A DNA stretch of 64,000 nucleotides from Thermomicrobiales bacterium (lineage in GTDB: Bacteria > Chloroflexota > Chloroflexia > Thermomicrobiales > UBA6265), in NCBI GenBank assembly GCA_049841275.1, contig JASGDN010000059.1:10806-74805 (forward strand), in the 5' to 3' direction. This document shows positions 30,300 through 39,469 of the stretch, one piece after another. Each line of letters begins with the position of its first letter. Position 1 is the first letter of the stretch. Position numbers and translations under genes: made by a program. The notes beneath the pieces were generated by a model, which saw nothing but the letters and a program-made list of their open reading frames with translations, was not told the origin of the DNA and did not search any database.

Positions 30300-31289
30300 T
30301 CATACCTTCTCCGAGGTGGTTTGCCCGAAGAGTCCCGACGGCCGGAAGATCAGCACGATGACGAGGATGCCGAAGATGACGGTCCCAGTCCACTGGCTTC
30401 CCCAACCGCTGATGTACTGCCCCATGAACCCGTCGCTGAACGACCAGATCATGCCGATGATGTATCCCCCGACCACCGCGCCGCCGAGATTGCCGATTCC
30501 GCCGAGGACCGCCGCCGTGAACGCGAACAGACCATACTGGAATCCCATCTGGAAGCGGCCCGAATTGTTGTAGAAGATCGCGACCATACCGGCAGCCCCG
30601 GCGAGCCCGCCTCCCAACAGGAACGCCGTCGCGATGGTGCGGTTGATGTCGATGCCCATCAGGGCGGACGCCTCGCGGTCCTGGGCCGTGGCGCGCATGG
30701 CGGTACCGATGCGGGTTCGGTAGACGAACCAGGAGAGCAGGATCAGGAGCGGGATCGTGATGCCAATGACGAAGACATCGAGCAGCCGCAGGCGGAGCGT
30801 CGAGTCCGCGAAGAGATCGCGGAGAATCGGCCACTCCTTGAGGACGTTGTAGGTGCGAAACTTCCGGGGGATCAGGTCGGGTCCAGAGAAGGGCCGCGAC
30901 CCTTTCCAGTAGATGCCGATATTCTGCAGGATGAAACTGACGCCGATGGCGGCGATCAGCGGCGCCAGGCGCGGCGCGTTGCGCAGCCGGCGATAGGCAA
31001 GCGTATCGATCGTCACATTCAGCAGACCACTGAACACCATCGATCCGAGGAGGCATAGCGCCAGCACCAGCAGGATGGCGCCGTAGGACGATTCGGACGT
31101 CACGCCCGATACCGCCGCGATGGTGACGGCGAAGAATGCCCCCATCATGAAGACCTCGCCATGGGCGAAGTTGATCAGCTCGATGATGCCGTAAACCAGG
31201 GTATATCCAAGAGCAATCAACGCAATGAGTGATCCCGTCGCCATCCCGATGATGACGAACTGGAAGAAGAGCGTCCAGTCGACATGCAT
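30300..31289 (-). CDS. livH: branched-chain amino acid ABC transporter permease LivH
   Basis: ORF 30300..31289 (329 aa). It has LVYGIIELINFAHGEVFMMGAF. Confidence 0.9.
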   Translation of the reverse strand: MHVDWTLFFQFVIIGMATGSLIALIALGYTLVYGIIELINFAHGEVFMMGAFFAVTIAAVSGVTSESSYGAILLVLALCLLGSMVFSGLLNVTIDTLAYRRLRNAPRLAPLIAAIGVSFILQNIGIYWKGSRPFSGPDLIPRKFRTYNVLKEWPILRDLFADSTLRLRLLDVFVIGITIPLLILLSWFVYRTRIGTAMRATAQDREASALMGIDINRTIATAFLLGGGLAGAAGMVAIFYNNSGRFQMGFQYGLFAFTAAVLGGIGNLGGAVVGGYIIGMIWSFSDGFMGQYISGWGSQWTGTVIFGILVIVLIFRPSGLFGQTTSEKV

Positions 31290-31471
31290 GGTTCACACCT
31301 GGTCTCAAACCCCGCCCGATCCAGGGACCGGACGCAACCGCCGCCGCCGTGAAGCGAACAATCCGCGCTGGCCCTCGAACGATCGATCGGGTCAAGCATC
31401 GGCGTCCGCCGTTCACCGCCGGAACGAGCGAGCGGCCGGACGTTCTCGCCCGGCCGCTCGCAGTCGGGAGC

Positions 31472-32863
31472 TTACTCCGCGACTCCAATGACTTTCTGGA
31501 AGACGATCTTGCCGTCCTTGATCTCGTTGAGCGAGATCGTAGTGGCGGTGGTATCGCCGGTCGGACCGAAGCTCCAGGTTCCGATCAGGCCGCGGAAGTC
31601 CGCGGTAGCCATACCGGTTTCGAGGATCTTCGCGCGATCCTTCTCGCCAACCTTGTCGATCGCCTGAAGCACGGCGATGGCACACTCGAAGGAATAGACC
31701 GCGTACGGGTCCGGATCGTGGCCAAGCCGGTCGGTCATCGCCTTGTACCAGTCGGCACCGATGCCTTCAAGGGCCGTCGGCGGAAGGCCGCCGAACGTCA
31801 CGAACGAGCCTTCGGCCGCGTCGCCAGAACCATCGACATATGCCTGATTGGCCACACCGTCCGGCCCCATGATGGTCACGTCGTCGACCGAGAGCACATC
31901 GCGGAGATCCTGGACGAGCTTCGGCACATTCTGGTCCACGATGGCGCCGATGTAGACGAAGTCGACGCCAGCGTTGGCGATCTTGGTTGCCAGCGCCTGA
32001 TACTCTGGCGCCTTGGCGTCGTAGGCTTCGAAGCCAGCGACGGTACCGCCGAGCTTGGTGAAGGTGGTCTGGAAGACGGAAGCGACGCCCTTGCCATACG
32101 TCTGGTTGTCATGGAGCACGTAGGCGTTCTTGGCGCCCTTCTCGTTGATCGCCCAGTTCGCCGAAGCAGCGCCCTGGATGTCGTCCGCCGGAACCAGGCG
32201 GGCGAAGTTGCGCTTGCCGGTCGCGGAATAGAGCACGTCCGGATAGCCTTCCGGATTCGCATCGTTCTCCTTGGTCAGCTGCACGGCGGTCGCGGCCGGA
32301 GAGATCTGGAACATCCCCGCACCGTTGGTAATTGGAATCGAGACCTCGGCAGCGCCGGAGTTGTAGGTCGCGATGTAGGCAACGGCGTCCGGATCGTTGA
32401 TGACCTCGGTGGCGTTCTGCGATTCCGTCGTGGCATCCCACGATCCATTGTTCGCCGCAACGCCGTCGTCCATCGCGGTGTACTTGATGGCGAACCCGCC
32501 GGCTGCTCCACCCCAGATCTCGACGGCGTACTTCACGGCCTCAGCCGAGTCGGCACCGATCTGCTCGTTCGCGCCGGACATCGGCCACGAGGAATAGAGG
32601 TTGATCGTGCCCTTGCTGGTGTCGGTCGAATGCTCGACACCCGCCACACCGAGGCCATCCGTGGTGAGCGCCGTCGCGCCCAGCACATCGGACGAACCGC
32701 CCGCGGGAGATGCTTCCGGAGAAGCCTGGGCAAACGCGGAGCCGGCCTGCAGCACGGCTGCGGCGCCAACACCAAGCGCCGACGCCCGCATGAGGAATGT
32801 CCGCCGATCAATGGAGCCGTTGCGGAATTGCTGGACCAGCGCTTCGAAACGCGAATCAGTCAT
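31472..32863 (-). CDS. Liv-type periplasmic/extracytoplasmic substrate-binding protein with Tat signal
   Basis: ORF 31472..32863 (463 aa). It has the twin-arginine motif DRRTFLMRASALGVGAAAV and a type-I PBP body. It is the first gene of the liv operon. Confidence 0.9.
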   Translation of the reverse strand: MTDSRFEALVQQFRNGSIDRRTFLMRASALGVGAAAVLQAGSAFAQASPEASPAGGSSDVLGATALTTDGLGVAGVEHSTDTSKGTINLYSSWPMSGANEQIGADSAEAVKYAVEIWGGAAGGFAIKYTAMDDGVAANNGSWDATTESQNATEVINDPDAVAYIATYNSGAAEVSIPITNGAGMFQISPAATAVQLTKENDANPEGYPDVLYSATGKRNFARLVPADDIQGAASANWAINEKGAKNAYVLHDNQTYGKGVASVFQTTFTKLGGTVAGFEAYDAKAPEYQALATKIANAGVDFVYIGAIVDQNVPKLVQDLRDVLSVDDVTIMGPDGVANQAYVDGSGDAAEGSFVTFGGLPPTALEGIGADWYKAMTDRLGHDPDPYAVYSFECAIAVLQAIDKVGEKDRAKILETGMATADFRGLIGTWSFGPTGDTTATTISLNEIKDGKIVFQKVIGVAE

Positions 32864-33422
32864 GTTCCCGATGCCTCCTGCATGTCACCCCGGCTACGAA
32901 GGCCGGACATCAAAGACCGTGCGGGCGATCGCGCGATCGTCCTGTTCCACACGCTACGGATGCGAGAGCACCTCCGTTGGCTCTCATCGTTGCTGAGGGC
33001 ATATCCGGCGTCGAGGGAGACCCGCTCGCAAACGTGCGCTCTGCCACGAGATGGTTTCCCCAATAAAACCGGAAGCCCGTGGATCGAGGATTGGTTGGAT
33101 GACGTTCGTTGATGCAGGATGGTAAACGACGACGACGCATATCGTCAACGACTCGCTGGACGACGCTCACAGCACATGGCCCGCCGAAGCTGCATCGGTA
33201 TCAAGATGGCACAAACACCCGAATCGCGCCCTGTGCGTTCTGCCAGCATTCTGGGCGGATCAATGGTCACATTGCACAGATCGCGGCCCGAATCGGGACA
33301 CGTCCCGGATGGCTCCGGAAATGGTGGTGCGAAGCGCACAATGCGCGTGGGGTGCAATCAGCCTGAAGCTGTCCCACGGTATGCACGTAATGAGGACAGG
33401 CTCCAAGACTCACGCAGTAAAC

Positions 33423-33458
33423 GAAAGCCCGGAAGCGGTTCGCCGCTTCCGGGCTTTC
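33423..33458 (-). terminator. intrinsic terminator downstream of tRNA-Arg
   Basis: 16-bp perfect stem gaaagcccggaagcgg / ccgcttccgggctttc with a TTCG loop, and T-rich flanks on both strands. Confidence 0.7.
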
Positions 33459-33470
33459 GTTTGCATTCAG

Positions 33471-33546
33471 TGGTACGCCCGAGAGGACTCGAACCTCTGG
33501 CCTCTTGCTCCGGAGGCAAGCGCTCTATCCGCTGAGCTACGGGCGC
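33471..33546 (-). tRNA. tRNA-Arg (anticodon CCG), CCA encoded
   Basis: Hand-folded cloverleaf: GCGCCCG acceptor, GCTC/GAGC D stem, anticodon arm CTTGC-CTCCGGA-GCAAG, T arm AGAGG-TTCGAGT-CCTCT, 3' ACCA. Confidence 0.9.
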
Positions 33547-33575
33547 GTACCGGTCCATCTCGTCCGGCGACCGCC

Positions 33576-33584
33576 AGTATACCA
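33576..33584 (-). promoter_or_regulatory. extended -10 promoter (TGGTATACT) for tRNA-Arg
   Basis: The minus strand reads TGGTATACT about 30 nt upstream of the mature tRNA 5' end. Confidence 0.5.
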
Positions 33585-33652
33585 CCATCCTCCCCGGTCC
33601 ATCCCGCCAACCGCTCGCCTCTCGGGGGCTGGCACACGCCAGCCTCCACTCG

Positions 33653-35074
33653 TCACGAAAGGGCAGCTGGTTCGGGCAGGTCCTCACTCCACACCATGTC
33701 ATCGACGGCGGCCTGCCATTCCTGCAGGATCGTGTGCAGACGTTCGGCTTCACCGCGTACCGATGCCGTACCGGACAGGTCGTTGCATTCCCACGGATCG
33801 GCTTCCAGGTCGAAGAGCTGCCACGCCTCCGTCCCCTGGCCCGTTTTTCCTGAAATCCAGTAGCGGATCAGCTTCCATCGCCCATCGCTGACAGTCCGCT
33901 GCACGTCACGGTACGCCGCGAAGACGCTGGACCGAATCGCCTTCGTATCCGGGGCGAGCACCGGCAGCAAGCTCGTTCCCTGGACGGTCCCGGGAACGTC
34001 AATCCCGGTCAGCGCACAGAGCGTCGGGAAGAGGTCGATGTTCGCGGTCAGCTGCGAAACACGTTGCCCCGGCCCGATACCGGGACCACGCATTAGCAGC
34101 GGCACGGTGATGCTGTGCTGATAGAGGTTCTGCTTGCCCATCAGCCCATGCTGCCCAACTGCCAGTCCGTGATCGGCGGTGTAGACGACGATCGTCTCGT
34201 TCGCCACGCCCTGGCGGTCGAGCGCGTCGAGAACCCGGCCAACCTGGGCGTCGAGGTGGCTGATCATGCCGTAGTAGTCGGCGATATGCCGCCGAACCTC
34301 CGCCGGATCGCGCGGCATTGCGGCCAGCCCCTCGTCGCGGACCTTCATCTCACCGTTGTCGAACGGGTGGCGCGCCCACGCATTTGGTGGCAAGGAGATA
34401 GTTGCGGGATCGTACATCTCGGCATAGGGAGATGGTGGCGTGCGAGGATCGTGCGGCGCGGTGAATGCCACGTACAGGAAAAACGGGTCATCGTCCGCGT
34501 AGGTATCAATAAAATCGATCGCCGCATCGGCGAAGATCTCGGAGGAAAAGCCCTCTCCAATCGTCACTGCCTCATTGGGATAGATCCCCTCGGGATCGTA
34601 TTCGCGCAGCGGGACGGCATGGTGGTCGCTCATGCCGCCGAAGAAGAGGCGCGATCCACTCGCGAATCCATCGCTGAGCGTCTTCCGGTCGTTGTGCCAT
34701 TTGCCGACGGCATGCGTGTGGTATCCAGCCTGACGAAATGTCTTCGGCATGGTCGCGAGCGCCGGATTCACCGTTTCCGACCCTACCGCGCTGTCGACCT
34801 CGTGGGAAGCGGTCGCCGAGAAGACGCCGTTCCCGGTCAGGATAGACGCCCGGCTGGGCGCACAGACGGCCCCATAGAACGCGCCGGTGATATGCGTCCG
34901 ATCGAAGGACGCCCCCTGCGCGATCAGCTGGTCGAATACAGGCGTCTGCACGCAGGGATCGCCCTGCGCGCCCATTGCCCCCATCCGATGATCGTCTGCC
35001 ACCATCACCACGACATTCGGTCGCTGTCCCACCACATGTCCTCCATCGGCCACACCCAAAGCGTGCCCGTGCAT
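33653..35074 (-). CDS. Cys-type (formylglycine) sulfatase
   Basis: ORF 33653..35074 (473 aa). It has VVVMVADDH and the sulfatase signature CAPSRASILTG. No signal peptide is evident. Confidence 0.9.
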   Translation of the reverse strand: MHGHALGVADGGHVVGQRPNVVVMVADDHRMGAMGAQGDPCVQTPVFDQLIAQGASFDRTHITGAFYGAVCAPSRASILTGNGVFSATASHEVDSAVGSETVNPALATMPKTFRQAGYHTHAVGKWHNDRKTLSDGFASGSRLFFGGMSDHHAVPLREYDPEGIYPNEAVTIGEGFSSEIFADAAIDFIDTYADDDPFFLYVAFTAPHDPRTPPSPYAEMYDPATISLPPNAWARHPFDNGEMKVRDEGLAAMPRDPAEVRRHIADYYGMISHLDAQVGRVLDALDRQGVANETIVVYTADHGLAVGQHGLMGKQNLYQHSITVPLLMRGPGIGPGQRVSQLTANIDLFPTLCALTGIDVPGTVQGTSLLPVLAPDTKAIRSSVFAAYRDVQRTVSDGRWKLIRYWISGKTGQGTEAWQLFDLEADPWECNDLSGTASVRGEAERLHTILQEWQAAVDDMVWSEDLPEPAALS

Positions 35075-35160
35075 CTCCTCGTTCAGCGGACGCTACTGTA
35101 GCGGACTTTTCTCCGCATGTCGCCGTACCAGCGAGACACGATCGTTCGGATCGCGCAGAC

Positions 35161-35193
35161 GCACCCGATCCGTCACGGTGGCGGATCGGGTGC
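35161..35193 (-). terminator. hairpin downstream of the first PQQ-propeller/cupredoxin gene
   Basis: 12-bp perfect stem gcacccgatccg / cggatcgggtgc with a 9-nt loop. There is no clear U-tract. Confidence 0.4.
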
Positions 35194-35246
35194 TTCGCAG
35201 ACTATCGGCTTATGTCGAGAGTCGCATCCATGCGGAACGCGACGCC

Positions 35247-37268
35247 CTACTCGGCGACGAGCGTCCCAACCATGCCGGCATCGGCGTGACCCTCGACCGA
35301 GCAGTAGAACGAATACGTGCCAGGAGCCAGGTTCATCGTGAACTCGGTGCTTTCTCCGCCGACGACCATGCCAGAGTCGACCTGGCCATCGATCACGAAG
35401 TCGTGCTGGAGGGCACCGACATTGGCCAACGTCACCTTGACGTCATTGTTGGCCGGGATCGCGATCGAGTTCGGCTTGAAGTAGAGGTCACCCATCTCGA
35501 CGGCAAGCGTGTAGGTGCCATTGCCAGCATCGACCGGGGTTGCAGCGCCGGCAGAAGCCTCGCCCGACGCCGGAGACGCGGCCGGTGTCCCGGCCTCTTC
35601 GGTCGCCTGCAGGCGCGTCGGCTGCGCGTCCGGAACGAAGCCGCCACCATTGCCCAGCTTGAAACTGACCAGCTCGTAGACGGCCTCGGCCTCGGGATCG
35701 CGCTGGTCGGGCGACGCCACATACTGCGTGCCCGCCGCGACGTAGAGCTCGTCGCCCGCGATCACGACCGGTGCATTCACACCGGCCTTCAGCTGGTAGT
35801 ACCAGAGCGCCTTGCCATCCTCGCGTGCGAAGGCGCGGACGAGACCATCCAGGCCCGCCGTGATCACCAGGTCGTTTGCCACGATGATCGAACCAGTCGG
35901 GAAGGTCGGAAGATCCGTCTTCCAAAGGATCTTGCCGCTGGCGATATCGATCGCGGCGATCTCGCCCTCGAACGGGTCCTTCGCCGTGCGGTCGAACTCC
36001 GTGGACTTGTGCCACGTCGGCCGGTTGGTGATGACGTAGTAGAAGACGCCGTCCTTGTACGCCGGCGGCGTCAGCACGCCCCCGTTGCCGCCTGGGTAGA
36101 CGCGCACGAAGCGGTCGTCCGGCAGCTGCTGCAGCTGGTCGTTCTCGTGGATGCCAACGAGCGTGCGCCACAGGATCACACCGGTGTCGGCATTGATGCC
36201 GGCCACCTCGCCGACCTTGCCGGAGGTGATGGCGACCTTCGTCTTCTGGCCGTTGATATCGACGTCATTGACGATCGTCGGTGCGATCTGATAGTCGAGG
36301 TCGAAGAGGTCGTGCGGCTTCGGCTGGAAGTACCAGCGCACCGAGCCGGTGGTCGTATCCAGCGACATCGCGGTGCTGGCGTACAGGTTCGGACCCGGCC
36401 GGCTGGATGCCGTAGGATACTCGGGATCGCCCGGCCACGGCGCGGCATTGCCGTTCCCGAAGTAGACGTTGCCATCGTCGTCGAAGTTGGGCGGATACCA
36501 GAGGCCGGCGCCGGAGTTGTGGCGTGCATTGCCCCAGAGGTTCTCCTCCGAGAGGTCGAAGTACCACTGCGTCTCGCCGGTCAGCGCGTCGAGCGAGTGC
36601 AGAACGCCACGCGCACCCAGGTTGCCATTCGTGGACAACGGAACGATCGAGATGTAGATGGACCCGCCGTAGGCGACCGGCGCCATGCGGATGCCTTCCT
36701 GCGGGAAGTTGCTCAGCTGGACCTGCCAGACATCCTCACCGGTCTCGGCATTCACGGCCGCCACATTGGCGGACTCGCCGAGGCCGTAGTAGATGTTGCC
36801 GTAGCCATAGCAGACGCCGTTCGGGCCGTTGCAGCCGATGTTGTACGTCTTGCGCCACTTGACCTCACCGGTTGCCCGGTCGTACGCCGTGACGTTGCTG
36901 GACATGTCCTGCACGTAGACAAGGTTCCCGACCACGATCGGGGGAGCCGTCACGGCGGCAGGATCGCCAGCCTCGTTCGTGCTCTCGGACCGCCATGCCG
37001 GGCCGAGGTCCAGGATGTTGGACGACGCGATGGTCGTCACCGGCGCCACGCGATGTCCCTTCGGATCCCCGCTCAGCGACGGCCAGTCGCCGTTCTCGAG
37101 CGAGGCTTCCGGAATCGGGCCGGCGGGCAGGGTCTCGGCGGCAGGAGTCGACTCCTGTGCGAAGACTGCGCGATTGTGAACGCCCAGAGCAGCCGCTCCG
37201 GCGGTAGCCGTCGAAGCGGCAGACGTAGCGACAAAGCCGCGACGCGTCAGGCGTCGTGGTTCAGACAT
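35247..37268 (-). CDS. Tat-exported quinoprotein (PQQ)-type beta-propeller dehydrogenase-like protein fused to C-terminal type-1 copper cupredoxin domain
   Basis: ORF 35247..37268 (673 aa). It has a Tat motif (LTRRGFVATSAAS), repeated AxDxxTGxxxW propeller motifs, GNAAPW and KPHDLFDLD blocks, and a Pro/Ala/Gly linker. The C-terminal ligand set is LQHDF...YSFYCSVEGHADAGMVG. Confidence 0.8.
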   Translation of the reverse strand: MSEPRRLTRRGFVATSAASTATAGAAALGVHNRAVFAQESTPAAETLPAGPIPEASLENGDWPSLSGDPKGHRVAPVTTIASSNILDLGPAWRSESTNEAGDPAAVTAPPIVVGNLVYVQDMSSNVTAYDRATGEVKWRKTYNIGCNGPNGVCYGYGNIYYGLGESANVAAVNAETGEDVWQVQLSNFPQEGIRMAPVAYGGSIYISIVPLSTNGNLGARGVLHSLDALTGETQWYFDLSEENLWGNARHNSGAGLWYPPNFDDDGNVYFGNGNAAPWPGDPEYPTASSRPGPNLYASTAMSLDTTTGSVRWYFQPKPHDLFDLDYQIAPTIVNDVDINGQKTKVAITSGKVGEVAGINADTGVILWRTLVGIHENDQLQQLPDDRFVRVYPGGNGGVLTPPAYKDGVFYYVITNRPTWHKSTEFDRTAKDPFEGEIAAIDIASGKILWKTDLPTFPTGSIIVANDLVITAGLDGLVRAFAREDGKALWYYQLKAGVNAPVVIAGDELYVAAGTQYVASPDQRDPEAEAVYELVSFKLGNGGGFVPDAQPTRLQATEEAGTPAASPASGEASAGAATPVDAGNGTYTLAVEMGDLYFKPNSIAIPANNDVKVTLANVGALQHDFVIDGQVDSGMVVGGESTEFTMNLAPGTYSFYCSVEGHADAGMVGTLVAE

Positions 37269-37499
37269 GCGATCCCCCTCTGTTGGAACGTTGGGTTGCT
37301 ACGGATTGCTGATGCAACGGAGCACTGCTGCATCGTGAAAACGCAATTCACTGCAATTCTCTCAGGATTCGAGACCCTGTCAAGGCCTAATCCCGACCCA
37401 ACAACCATGATTTCGGACGAGGCTATTCGTTCGCAGCAACACCCTGTATGCTGGTCCCGGCGCGTGACTGGATGGCAATTCGACAAGGAGGGCACCAGC

Positions 37500-38540
37500 G
37501 TGAGCAATGGGACGGACGTGGACATCTTCGATCGCCTCCGCACGGACGAGTCCTGTGCGGCATGGCTCTCCTCGCTCGAGGCGCTAGACACGTCCCGCCT
37601 GACGATTCCCCCGCTCCCTCAGGGCGATGCGTTCGACGATGCCCTGGCCTGGCTGGCGGCTCCGGACGACGACCGCATCACCATGAACACCTTACTTCCC
37701 ACGATCGCCGGATCAGCCGATCTGGAGTGGCTCCGCGCCCGCTCGGTTGCGTCGCTGCTGACTGTCATGGATGTTGTCGCCGCGCCACATGGCTTTCCAG
37801 CCTGGCCAGCATCGCTCGGCGAGCTCGGCCGCTTCTTCTACGCATTCGTCTACGCCTCGATCCTGCCGGAAACCCGCGCCCTGTTCGCGAAGCGCGGCAT
37901 CCCGGAAGACATCCAGCACGCGACGATGGCGGATATCGGGCGGAACATGTACGTCCATCGGAAGCGCCATGGCACGCACGGCCTGGCATCTCCGGACTGG
38001 CTGATGCTGCACGCACGAGGCATGATCTTCCAGCTCGGGCGGCTTCAGTTCGAACGGGCGGGGCTCGGCACGCGCACCAGCAACACCATCCAGGAAAGCG
38101 GATTTCCGTGGTCGAAAGGCGATCCTACCCTCTCGATCCATATCCCGGACTTCATGGGATCCATGTCACCAGAAGCCTGCGATGCATCGTTCGTCCAGGC
38201 CGCCGACTTCTTCCCACGGTATTTCCCGGAGGAGGCCGTCCACACGGCCGTCTGCAACTCCTGGCTTCTCGATACCCAGTTGCGCGACTATCTCTCCCCA
38301 GCGTCGAACATCATCGCGTTCCAGCGCCGCTTCCGTCACATCCGGCCAGGGGAATGGGCGAACGACGGCCCGCTTCGATTCGTTTTCGGACCGGTCGACT
38401 GGCCGTTGGAGGATTACCCGCAGGAGACCTCCGTGCAGCGGGCCGTCGTGCAACACCTGAAGGACGGCAAGGACTGGCACGGGGGCATGGGCTGGATGGA
38501 GTTCCCATCGACATCGATGCCGGCAGGATCCGCCGGTTGA
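37500..38540 (+). CDS. conserved hypothetical, acyltransferase-like (resembles the N-acyltransferase N-terminal domain plus GNAT-like C-terminal domain family; assignment from memory)
   Basis: Only the last 346 codons of ORF 35178..38540 look coding. GTG at 37500 is preceded by AAGGAGG at an 8-nt spacing. Blocks are LSIHIPDFMGSMSPEACDASF...FFPRYFPEE...VCNSWLLD. Confidence 0.5.
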   Translation: MSNGTDVDIFDRLRTDESCAAWLSSLEALDTSRLTIPPLPQGDAFDDALAWLAAPDDDRITMNTLLPTIAGSADLEWLRARSVASLLTVMDVVAAPHGFPAWPASLGELGRFFYAFVYASILPETRALFAKRGIPEDIQHATMADIGRNMYVHRKRHGTHGLASPDWLMLHARGMIFQLGRLQFERAGLGTRTSNTIQESGFPWSKGDPTLSIHIPDFMGSMSPEACDASFVQAADFFPRYFPEEAVHTAVCNSWLLDTQLRDYLSPASNIIAFQRRFRHIRPGEWANDGPLRFVFGPVDWPLEDYPQETSVQRAVVQHLKDGKDWHGGMGWMEFPSTSMPAGSAG

Positions 38541-38621
38541 TATCGAGGGGAACTGGCCCTCACGCCACGGCAATTCGATACTCTGTCTCAACAACGTTCG
38601 TCTTGAGTCAGGAAGATCGCG

Positions 38622-39275
38622 TTGAACGCTTCAGACCATCATTCCGCAGCCACGCTCGACCGGGTTCTGCCGCCGGCATTGACACGCCCGATCCAACCGC
38701 CTCAGCTTTTCGCCGACCGGCAGCACCGCACCACCTTCGCGCGGATGATGCAGCAGCAGTTCTGGCTCTGGGGATGCGATGTCCGACGCCAGGAAGGTAA
38801 TCTACTGGCTCTGCACGGATTCGAGAAACAACGGCCGCCAGAAGAGTCCGGCTGCTCGACCAGCCGCTACACCCGACGCGTTGCCCAGGACATCGATCTC
38901 GTCCTGTGGGGATTCGGCCTGCTCGCATCCCGCGAAGGCGATGGCTCGGTCTTCCTGTCCCGTCACGCACTCCGTCCCCGCTGCGGTGATTGCGGCGCAT
39001 CCCTGGACGTGCGCTGGGATCCCGACGATTTCCGCGACCTTCGCCGGCCGGCATCAGCCTGCGATCACCGGCGAGTGCGCCTTCTCCTGGCCGATGTCCT
39101 CGCCTGGATCGCTGACTACGAGCGGAGCGTCCTGGATACTGCCGGCATCAGTTTCCGGTCATCATCCATCGCCGCCTGGAAACGGGCGGTCGGACCGGCG
39201 CAGGAGCTGCCAGCCCGCTGGAACGAACTCGCCACATCGCTCCACACGGAAGGGTGGGCGATCGCCCTGCCCTGA
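38622..39275 (+). CDS. hypothetical protein (Trp/Arg-rich, no family recognised)
   Basis: ORF 38622..39275 (217 aa). It has a TTG start 6 nt after aggaag. Codon bias is consistent with coding, and a strong hairpin follows it. Confidence 0.45.
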   Translation: MNASDHHSAATLDRVLPPALTRPIQPPQLFADRQHRTTFARMMQQQFWLWGCDVRRQEGNLLALHGFEKQRPPEESGCSTSRYTRRVAQDIDLVLWGFGLLASREGDGSVFLSRHALRPRCGDCGASLDVRWDPDDFRDLRRPASACDHRRVRLLLADVLAWIADYERSVLDTAGISFRSSSIAAWKRAVGPAQELPARWNELATSLHTEGWAIALP

Positions 39276-39405
39276 GGAAACGCCCGGAACCCGGCCGATA
39301 CGGCAGATGCTGACACGCCGTCGTGGCTGACCGATCCGGTATCCGATGAGCCGCCAGTACGCGCAGATTCCACCGCGGTGACGGCCCAGCATGACGGAGA
39401 CATGC

Positions 39406-39439
39406 GACGAGGCCCAGGGCACATGCCCTGGGCCTCGTC
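39406..39439. terminator. bidirectional hairpin between convergent hypothetical gene and second PQQ/cupredoxin gene
   Basis: 15-bp perfect stem gacgaggcccagggc / gccctgggcctcgtc with a 4-nt loop. Confidence 0.65.
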
Positions 39440-39469
39440 CGTTTCCTGCCTCGTGGCGGAAGCGACCGC

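Noticed and set aside
33205-33222. TGGCAC (sigma-54 -24-like) in the liv upstream region, and other TGGCAC occurrences (e.g. 52262, 53461)
   Set aside because: No TTGC/GC -12 element lies at the required 10-11 nt spacing. Most other occurrences are inside coding regions or on the wrong strand.
33320-33340. T-box-like string AATGGTGGTGCG upstream of the liv operon
   Set aside because: It is on the plus strand, whereas the liv operon and tRNA-Arg are on the minus strand. No specifier or antiterminator structure or downstream plus-strand gene exists.
35178-37406. N-terminal two thirds of the 1120-aa plus ORF 35178..38540
   Set aside because: This part is antisense to the PQQ/cupredoxin gene 35247..37268. 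Only the portion after the AAGGAGG-GTG at 37500 has protein-like sequence. The long ORF is a read-through artefact of the missing stop codons common in high-GC DNA.
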